Positions 53,969 to 64,000 of a stretch of 64,000 nt of DNA are shown here, in pieces. The position numbers were made by a program, and so were the translations under genes. Numbering within the stretch: position 1 is the first letter of the stretch; each line of letters opens with the position of its first letter. The notes below the pieces were generated by a model, which made no database searches, was not told the DNA's origin, and saw nothing but the letters and a program-made list of their open reading frames with translations. The stretch lies in the NCBI GenBank assembly GCA_964016885.1, contig OZ024741.1, positions 365,180,001 through 365,244,000 of the forward strand, read 5' to 3'. The DNA comes from Eledone cirrhosa. Its lineage: Eukaryota.

Positions 53969-54720
53969 CATACACACACATACATATACATAGATATATA
54001 TCTGAGTGGGAATATAATTTAGTCAAAGGAACAGACCCGTAGAGATTGAATACATTTGTCTACAGTTTAGTTGTTCATGCTAAAGATTATCTGCTTCGTG
54101 TTTAAATACGGAACCACGGAAGTATCAAAATTGCAGTCCTGATCGTTTTTCAACGACACTTTTTCAACGCATCGACCCTGTACACAAGCTTGTGCACAAC
54201 AACCAACACGACGCCCAACCTTTATTTCACTCGAATCTAGCATATTTCGCCCTTTCTACTTCCAAACCCCTCATTAACTCCACTGATTCTCACCATGCAG
54301 CTTCCTTTAGACACTCCTCTATTTTCTGAGATCTTCCTGCTTACACGTGAAATAAAACGTAAAGCATATACAGCGTAAATAAGGTTTTAGCTCGTTTAAT
54401 GTTTCTATCTAACTCCATTGTTTCATCTAATTTAATTTTCCTGCTTATCTAACCGTATCTAGAACACAAAACTTCCACTAGAAAACCTATTATATATATA
54501 TATATATATATGAGTGCGTGTATATATGTGTGTGCGTGCATGTGTATGAATGTGTGTGTGTGTATAGGTGTATCCAAATACTCTTTCCCAGTAGCCATCA
54601 ATGTATTAAGACGAGAAATAAAGCAACAGTTTATTTGACAAATGAAAACCTGGTTGTGCGTAATAGGAAAACAATAACTACTACATTTCGAGTACAAATA
54701 CAACGACAGTGACATGTGTG

Positions 54721-54724
<4 letters not shown>

Positions 54725-54808
<84 letters not shown>
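54725..54808. repeat. (GT)n microsatellite
   Basis: Direct inspection. Confidence 0.95.
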
Positions 54809-54813
<5 letters not shown>

Positions 54814-55009
54814 TGAGAGTATGTACATGTCACGCAATAAATGCATGTCCTTTTTGCTGTATAGTGTGTTCATGTTTTGTAGATGAAGCTTTATGCATAA
54901 ATATGTGTATAGCTGGTTTAAATATATATATACATACTTGCATATTTATGCATATATATATATACATACATGCATATTTATGCATGAAGTCTCGTTTACA
55001 AGTTGTATA

Positions 55010-55054
<45 letters not shown>

Positions 55055-55196
55055 CTTGTAAATGAGGCTTTATGCTTTAATATGCATGCATGTATGTATA
55101 TATATATATATATGTTTATATATATATATATATATATATATATGCATATATATATATATATACACACATATATATTGTATATATGTATGCACATAA

Positions 55197-55289
<93 letters not shown>

Positions 55290-55712
55290 ACAGATGAAAT
55301 AGAATCAAATCAGCAGTCAACATTCAAAGTTAAGAAAATTCACTCAATTCAAGTGGAAAATACGTTATACTCCATTTTGGACATTATGTATTATTTCTGC
55401 TCGAAAACAAGCTGTCATATTGTTGATGTTTCTAGAATGAAAGATATGTCATTGAGTGCTACACGATCAATTCTCTTGTCAAACTATATCTTCGGCGTAA
55501 GCCGGTTAGAAGTCTTCAGAAGAAGTTCTTGTGTTATATATATAAGGAACCATTCTTGTCGCTGTATGTAAGTATCCTCTTTGAGACACGCAGGGAAACA
55601 CAGACGCACATACAGAACCTTCTATACATTCTTTATCTCTTTGTCTTTATTTCCGTATTTCTGACTCTCCGTTTGTCTATCTATCTATCTATCTATCCAA
55701 CCATCCATCTAT

Positions 55713-55748
<36 letters not shown>

Positions 55749-55785
55749 TGGTGTGTATGTATGTTGAGAAAAACAGACAGGGGAC

Positions 55786-55881
<96 letters not shown>

Positions 55882-55909
55882 GAGAGAGAGAGAGTGAGAG
55901 ACAGAGAGA

Positions 55910-56080
55910 GGTAGAGCACTGGAAGGTATTATCCGTAGTGGTAGAGCACCCAGTCCATTGGACGAGTTTGGTAGAAGTAGTAACACAGCAATTAATTTAC
56001 CAGAATCCGAGCTGAAGATCCGCATAAGGTGAAACAATTGTTCTAGGTATGGTGAACTAACTGTTGTGTTACTACTTCTA
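55910..56080. mobile_element. Short PLE-type remnant: inverted arms around a hammerhead
   Basis: Arms 55972-56002 / 56050-56080; 55910-56000 homologous to 22328-22420. Confidence 0.7.
56008..56046 (+). ncRNA. Minimal hammerhead ribozyme
   Basis: gag-CTGAAGA-tcc-gcataa-ggt-GAAAC-aatt-GTT-ct; palindromic AACAATTGTT helix III. Confidence 0.6.
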
Positions 56081-56736
56081 TATATATATATATATACACA
56101 CACATATGTCTGCGTGTTTGTGTCTGTTCATCCGTGCATACTCTTTTAAACCTGGGAATGTGTGTGTGTGCTTTTGTACATGGGCGTGTGTGCCTGTGAG
56201 TAAATATGTGAGCATGTTTTGAATAAATTATTATTATGTGATGGTTTTCCTTTGTCAATATTTTTGTATTTATATGAATCTTTTTTTTTGTGTGTGAATG
56301 TTATATAGAAATATGTGTCAGAATATGTGTATATATGTTTCTTGGTACATGCAGTTGACTGAGTAGACACATGTTCAAACATAGGCCCTTGCAATATTGA
56401 TAATAGGCCCAGACCAGATGTAAAATAAAGGCTCTATCAAAGCTGGTAATATGCCCCAGGGACTATATGAAATGTAGGAACTATTTCAAACCTACTTAAT
56501 AGATATTCTAGTAATGAGTGCTAAATACATGATTGATAATATGTATAAATATGTTAATGCAATGAACAACAAAATAGAGGAAACGGAACTAGAACATGAA
56601 GGGAGTAGGCCTAATTACAATCGAATTCCCATCCCTAATCCTCTCCCCTCCAGTTCTCTACTAAAATATGGTCTGATCAAAGTGATTTCGACTATAACCG
56701 TCACATTTCGTTTCCTACGGTATTCAAGATTACATG

Positions 56737-56918
56737 TAGGGCGGGAATTAGCAGTATTGGTAGAGCGTCAAACATAATGCCTTGCGCATAGAGTTATGGC
56801 TCTTTACGTTCTGAGTTCAAATCCCACCGAGGATTTTATGCCTACGGGGTCGATAAAATAAAGCACCAGTAATGCACTGGGGTAATTGCTGGCCTTGTGC
56901 CAAAAGTAGAAACAATTA
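56737..56918 (+). mobile_element. Family A SINE (only plus-strand copy seen)
   Basis: tagcagtattggtagagcg...GAGTTCAAATCC...ggggtcgataaaataaag. Confidence 0.85.
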
Positions 56919-57746
56919 TCTAATTTGTCTCATCATTACTTAAGCCTAAAGCCTATAACTTAAGCCAGACGAGCGACAGCGAACGGGCATCTTCGTTTAA
57001 AACTCCAGGCTAGATCTGACCGCAGAGATCTATGATGTACAAGTCGTCCCAGGCGTAAGCGTCCTGTCATTTGAAGTAACACTGCGCCTCTTGGAATACA
57101 TTATCTAATGTGTTTCTCAATTTTCAATTTGGAACACTATCATTTGAGCCACATTTAGTTTGTTATATTTTAGATGATTGGAATCTTTATTGTAGGCGAA
57201 TAGGTATATAAAAATATAATACTACTTGAGTGACTGAAGCTGGAGTTTGTCTATAGCGGTGAGTATGTTATGTGTGTATGGAAATAGGTGTATGTGTCGA
57301 AATGTGTATGTATCTCTATATGTGGGTATCTATAAGTGGATGCATCTTTATGTGCATGTGTCGAGATGTGTGTAAGACTACCTCCCTCGTTGGGAATATG
57401 TATTCATATATACGTTTATGTGATAATGTCTATGTGTATGTGTCTATGTGTATATTTCTAATGACTATATTTCTATATGTATATGTGCCTATATAAATAA
57501 GTATCTAAATGGGTTTGTGTTTAGAAGCGTATGTACCAAATGAATGTATGTGTCTAGAGGTGTATATGGAGATGTGTCTATGTGAGAAGTGTATTTGTCT
57601 ATAAGTTTATGTGTTTAAATATGTATGTGTTTAGTTATGTCTGCGTACAAGGTTAAAGTCATTGTCACTAGAGACGGCACTAAAAGAAACCATAAATACA
57701 CTGTGACATGATTGCATCTACTTAATATTAGACATTTTATTTTGCA

Positions 57747-57822
<76 letters not shown>

Positions 57823-57841
57823 GTATATATATGATAAATAT

Positions 57842-58768
57842 AATCTGAGTTTTTCGAATATTAATAATTGTTTCTACTTTTGGCACAAGGCCAGCAATAA
57901 CCCAGTACATTACTGGTAGTTTATTTTATTGACCCCGTAAGGATAAAAAAGTCAAAGTTAACCTCGAAGGGATTTGAACTTAGACGTAAAGAGACGTAAC
58001 TATGCCAGAAAGCATGGCGCCGAATCCTCTAACGTTACTGCCAATACACCGCTTGGATTCGTTTGCAATTATGCAAACAGCCACTTTAAAGCCATGTCAG
58101 TAGAATGACCTCGTCATTCTTGCTCTTGTGTTGGCATGTAAACAAAACTGCAGACATTAATGTTTCTGGGTGATTACCTTTCATCAGTAATATATACTGT
58201 TTACCTGTCAACTGTCAGTGCTAGTGAACATATATGATATTTTCTAAAATATACAGTGACTGATTGGCCTGATTTGCATATTAACAGATTGCCTGATCAG
58301 TCAGATTTGCATATTAGCAGACCCACTGATCAGCCAGAATTGCATATCAGCAGATAGGCCAGTCAGTTTCATGTATACGAGCGATTAATGGCCGGCTTTG
58401 CCATATTCAAATAACAAACAGGTAGTTTATCGCTCTACATGGCTGAATACAATAAAGGGAATCTGAGTTTTTCGAATATAAATAATTGTTTCTACTTTTC
58501 GCACAAGGCCAGCAATTAATCCAGTGCATTACTGGTACTTTATTTTATCGACCCCGTAAGGATGAAAGGCAAAGTTAACCTCGGCGGGATTTGAACTCAA
58601 TCCGTAAAGGGACGTAACTGTGTTGCAAAGCATGGCGTCCTACCATCTACCGATACTGCCAATCCAATAATAATATTCGATTCGTTTGCCATTATGCAAA
58701 CAGCCTCTTTAAAGCCTTGTCAGTAGAATGACCTGTAATTCTTGCGCTTGTGTTGGCATGTAAACAAA
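57842..58768. repeat. Direct duplication (618-bp spacing) of a ~305-bp block containing a minus-strand family A SINE and flanks
   Basis: 57842-58146 vs 58460-58768 share non-SINE flanks on both sides. Confidence 0.85.
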
Positions 58769-58832
58769 TGCAAAATGAAGTATATATATATATTTATATA
58801 TATATGTATGTATATACATACACACACACACT

Positions 58833-58959
<127 letters not shown>

Positions 58960-59626
58960 ACATACATATATACATATATGTATGTGTGTGTATAAATTTT
59001 GTTTTACGAAGCTAGCCAAATGTATACACAAATACGAAAACTACCTGTGCAGTCTCGGTTGTTTCTTATTCACCACATCAGATGTAAAAGATTTGCACGT
59101 AAGAAAATAAATATTTAACACTCGGGGTGAACATTATACGTTAATAGTAAAGAAAACTACAATGCAGGAGTAATGACGATTTTATAATATATACACCCGG
59201 ACTATCGATAGTTTCTAATCTACTAATTCATCTTTAAAATTTCAATTGCAAATGTTGTTCACAGTAGTTTAGTAATTTTTATAGACATTACATAACGGGT
59301 ACTGTAGGGCGTCATTAGTGGGTGATCAGCCAACCTTAAAGCGGAAGTTTGTCGTTATCGTTATCTACAAATCTAAGCTTCGTTCCTGTCGTTATTAAAT
59401 GTTACAGTTTCTAGGCTTGTAGTGACACGTTACCTCTTAAAGAAGAAGTGAGGCTTCTAACTGTTATGAAGAAAAGCTGAGGCGCGAATTTCAAATACTG
59501 AAGTCTAGCTATAATCTCTCAACCAATCAAATAAAATAAGAAACAAAGAAACTTGCAAAAAACAAAAAAAATCGAACTAAATCGAACAAAATTGAAAAGA
59601 AAAAAACGTTTAATTTGCATTCAGAT

Positions 59627-59822
59627 AATGATTTCTATTATTGGCAGAAAGCCAGTAATTTGGGAAGGGGAAAGTCGGTTAAATCGACCCCAGTACGTGA
59701 CTAGTCCTTTATTTTATCGACCCTATAAGGATAAAAGGCGAAGTTAAAGTTGGCGAGATTTGAACTCAGACTGTAAAGGACCGTAACTTTATGCTGGAAA
59801 GCATAGTGTCCGAATCCTCTCC
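59627..59822 (-). mobile_element. Family A SINE
   Basis: Core and B box recognisable. Confidence 0.8.
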
Positions 59823-60277
59823 AACTAGGAGTGGAAATAATTTTGGTTTACAAAGCTATTCGAAGAGAATCCGTGCAGACACAGCCATTTCTTACTCACA
59901 CAATAAGATATAAAATTTCTATATAAGAATATACAGACACAGATTTGAAACTATTCGTTCAAAGTAAGGAAAGCAGCAATGCGTAAATAATCATAGCTTT
60001 AGAAAATAGATTAAAATACCCTTGGGGAAAAAGAAAAGTTGAAAAGCCCAGGAGTATATTGAAAAATTCTTATTTTCCTTAATCCACCAGAATAAATGTT
60101 TATACAATTGTTGCAATAAATGAATCTAGATTTTATCAAATATTATCGCTTTCGATTGGTATGTTAATCTTATCAAATATTTAAAAAGTTTGTTCTTTTA
60201 TTCTTTAAATATAATCCTGTGCTTTTTCACGTTTATTTTCTTCCATTAATCTTACCCGCGGTCGATCCTCTACCTCA

Positions 60278-60316
<39 letters not shown>

Positions 60317-60318
<2 letters not shown>

Positions 60319-60949
60319 TGGCTGCCAACTCGTTTTCGAGTACGGCCACTACTTTACATCCATGTAGGATAACCCCTACCGAAGCGCTGAACGAGTGTGA
60401 CTTTTTAGTCCAGCCAGCGACTTGAAACCTCTGGTACAAAGACAACACCTGTGACAATTATTGACACATAGTGCTAGGCCCATGGTAGGACAACTATTGA
60501 CACATAGTGCTGGGCCCATGTGAGGACAAGTGCAGAGAGATCTCCAGATATAAAGCAATGCCTGTGCCGTGAAGCTTTTATAGTGAGCAAAGGCACTGCA
60601 CAAAGCCAGTCCCACTCTCTTAACCAAGATGCTATTTACCAAAAAGAAGAACAAGTCAACATCATTGGATACCATCAGGGTTGCAGGTGTTATATCAGAG
60701 TTTTCCTTCTCCTAGAATTCTGCCTTGACTAAGGCTAAAGGGGTCATCTCTCCCGGTGATTTTGGATGGCCATTGACTCTTAAGAGCTCCTTTGCCCTTT
60801 GACAGGTTTTGTTTTTAGTCCTGCAGGATGTCCAAAGTCACCCTCCTCACCAAGAAACCTTGGTGGGGTTGCCAGTTTAGTCGCCAACGACCCGACCATG
60901 AGACAGGTTGTACTGGGATACATGTTACCAGTAGCACCAACTGGTGACC
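60317..60949 (-). mobile_element. Bipartite RTE-derived non-autonomous retroelement
   Basis: 5' ggtcac...catggtcgggtc...ggcaaccccacc joined to a C2H2-encoding RTE-like 3' end; no RT ORF. Confidence 0.7.
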
Positions 60950-60990
60950 ATACATACATACATACATACATACATACATACATACATACA

Positions 60991-61026
<36 letters not shown>

Positions 61027-61035
61027 TATACATAC

Positions 61036-61130
<95 letters not shown>

Positions 61131-61918
61131 ATGTAAATAATAATCAAAGACCATTTAATCTTTCAAACATTTACTAACTAACGACCGTTTCATCGTAGCA
61201 CAAGGCAGATATTTGTTTATATATATTTGTGTTGACATGTGCATGAATGAATTCATGTTTTTGTGTATTTAAATAATTAGTGTCTCCATTAAGGCTTCGT
61301 GTTTGCATCTAAAATTTAAACACAATGACAGCAGATTCTGACTTAGCTGCTGAAGAAAAATCCCCAAAAGAGCTTCTCACATTATACGTGACATACAATC
61401 TGTGTTGCGCTAGTACGAGCGAAGAGGGGTAATGTTTCGTATTTTGTCTGCAAGATGACGTTGATTCTGTCCTTCTGTTTCTTATTGAAAGGCAGTTGAT
61501 AAAATATTCATCGGATTACATGAGTCTACAGACACTGTGTGGTCTACTTTATATAACTATAGTTTAACGTTTACGTAATTTGACTGAAAAATATCACGTC
61601 TTAGACTATAATATACCATACCAGTTAGGAATTAAAAGACACGCGTGTTATAGCATTGACGACAGTAAATGATATTTTCGCCCATGTTTTGTGACAAAGA
61701 GTCAAAGCGAAGTTGACCTAACACATCGTACGTTTGCCTTCGTATTGTCTTTTGCTTTAACAACTACGACAGAATCAGCTGCAGATGGGTGTGTTTAAGT
61801 ATCGGAAAATATTGTACGTACGTACGTACGTACGTATGTATGTATGTATGTATGTATGTATGTATGTATGTATGTATGTATGTATGTATGTATGTATGTA
61901 TGTATGTATGTTATGTAG

Positions 61919-62531
61919 GGTCACTCTTGAGTGCAACTGGTAACATGTAAACCAGTACAACCTGTCGCATGGTCGGGTCGTCGGCGACTAAACCGGCAAC
62001 CCCACCAAGTTTACTTGGTGAGGAGGGCGATTTTGGACACCCTGCAGGACGAAAAACAAAACCTGACAAAGGGTGGAAGAACTCATAAGGGCCAACGGCC
62101 ATCCAAAAGTGTGTAAATATGTATATACGCATGTACATATGTATGTATATGTGTATATACATAGGTGCATGTGTATGTATATGCGCGAGGACATAGAAAT
62201 AGTCGGGCTGGACACCCGATCGCATGGTTAAACCACTGGGAGTGAAGGACCCCTAGCCATTGTCAAAGCATTCTTCTAGGAGAAGGCAACTCAGGAAACT
62301 GGGATAACTCCAACATAAAAACTACGGCTCAGTAGTTACCGATGATGTTGATCTTTTCTTCTTTTCGGGTTATAACTACTGTCGCACGGAGAGTGGGATT
62401 GGCTCAGTGCACAGTCTTTCCTCACTAAAAAAATATCTTCACACACAGGCATTGCACGATATAATTAATAAATAATAATTAATAATGGTATATCGTGCAA
62501 TGGCCATACTCGATAACGAGGGGGAAGCCAT
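61919..62531 (+). mobile_element. Bipartite RTE-derived element, copy 2
   Basis: Same 5' block; 3' end ggccatactcgataacgag...agccatc followed by (ATGT)n. Confidence 0.7.
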
Positions 62532-62620
62532 CATGTATATATGTATGTATGCATGAATGTATGTATGCATGTATGTATGTATGCATGTATGTATGCATGT
62601 ATGTATGTATGCTTATGTCA

Positions 62621-63136
62621 GGTCACTTTTGAGTGCTACTGGTAACATGTAACCCAGTACAACCTGTTTCATGGTCGGGTCATAGGCAACCCCACCAAGC
62701 TTGTTGGTTGCCGACGATTGATATTTGGACACCCTGTGGGATGAAATACAAGACTCGGCAAAGGATGGAGGAACTCAGCAGAGTTAACGGCCATCCAAAT
62801 AGTATTTAGTATTTTTTTTTTACCTGGGAGTGAAAGACCCCCAGTTGTTATGACAACACCTTTCTAGGAAAGGGAAACTCTGAAAAATAAACCTGTGGCT
62901 TCGGAAGCATCCGGTGATGTTGACCAGTTCTCCTTTTCGGGTAATGTGTTCGATGCTCACAGTGTGGGATTGGTCGAGTGCATGGCCTTTCCCCACTTAT
63001 AAAACCTTCAAAGCACATGCATTGCTTGTTCAGCATATGTTACCGGTCTGTGTAGCTGGTCGTAGCCTAAAAGTGCACCATTTTCTCTAATCTGACAAGC
63101 GATTGCAATACTCTTAGCAGAGTTTGCAGCCATCAT
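62621..63136 (+). mobile_element. Bipartite RTE-derived element, copy 3
   Basis: Same 5' block; 3' end tactc...gcagccatc followed by atgtatgtatg. Confidence 0.65.
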
Positions 63137-63395
63137 GTATGTATGTATACACGTGTGAGTGTGAAGGCGCATGGGGCGTTCAGTCTAAGCAACAGGACGT
63201 AGGCCGCCCCGAGTCAAATATTTCCAATTATATTTTTTATTTAGATGTCTCCGTGTTCCCAACTTGTTTTTACCATGATTCCTTTATGGCTGATATAACA
63301 ATCGTGCAGCATATTCTACAACTGTATTCTGCATTCTCGTGTTAATTAGAGCCTTGTGATTGGAATTTGACAGACTGAAACTGTACAGAAGCTTG

Positions 63396-63454
<59 letters not shown>

Positions 63455-63694
63455 GAGAAGAAAGAATACTGCGTGGTTGCACATGGGTTACATATGATAA
63501 AAACAGTCATTCGTCAGTGATTTTCCAACCTTCATTGGTATTTCATCGCTTTAAAAATCATATACCTCCGGTTGGTGCGAGCAATAGCTAAATAAAGCTA
63601 TCGGGACAAGTAAATCGCGTAAAGCGAGCGAGACAGTAAACAACAGGGAAGGATAGCAACGCAAAGATAGGAAAAAACAAGCAGCATGGGAATC

Positions 63695-63760
<66 letters not shown>

Positions 63761-64000
63761 GTATGTATATATATATATATGTATACATATATATTTATAT
63801 ATACTCTTTATATATATATATATATAAACCATTGGAGTTAGAAGGCCAAACAATGCAGATATAGATATAGAATATAAATGCAAATGCAAAAGATATGGCT
63901 GATAATTAGTCTGTTACCTTAAATTTATTTGAATATCCTTAATTTTGGAAATAATCTCTCTTCTTCAGAGGGAAGAAAAGGGGTTAATCCAGTGTTCTAA

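Noticed and set aside
58261-58356. 33-bp periodic repeat as a CRISPR-like array
   Set aside because: Only three units, spacers are similar rather than unique, eukaryotic context, no cas genes
61919-62010. HDV-like ribozyme at the RTE-derived 5' end
   Set aside because: Could not build P1 and P1.1 of the nested double pseudoknot by hand; left only as a testable possibility

Overview
Repeat-saturated, AT-rich eukaryotic DNA. The microsatellite load and SINE/LINE families resemble a mollusc, most likely a coleoid cephalopod such as Octopus (inference). No host protein-coding exon is recognisable, and most ORF-track entries are translated (TA)n/(CA)n/(GA)n runs. The window holds: three decayed Tx1/L1-clade non-LTR retrotransposons (one minus-strand copy, and two head-to-tail copies in an (ATCT)n tract, the second full-length with a 19-bp TSD); a Chapaev-type (CMC) transposon with TIRs and ATTA TSD nested in a mariner; an hATm-type transposon; Tc1 and mariner remnants; CR1-like 3' ends; three bipartite RTE-derived non-autonomous elements; about 13 copies of a tRNA-headed SINE plus a second SINE family; and many Penelope-like element (PLE) remnants with GIY-YIG ORFs and minimal hammerhead ribozymes next to (TA)n. 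The most notable pattern is a series of fold-back (inverted) junctions whose breakpoints fall in or right beside the PLE hammerhead, often in helix II. One of these insertions also captured 212 bp of a neighbouring transposon. A tandem 258-bp unit containing a tRNA-Tyr-like cloverleaf, with an inverted terminal copy, is also unusual.
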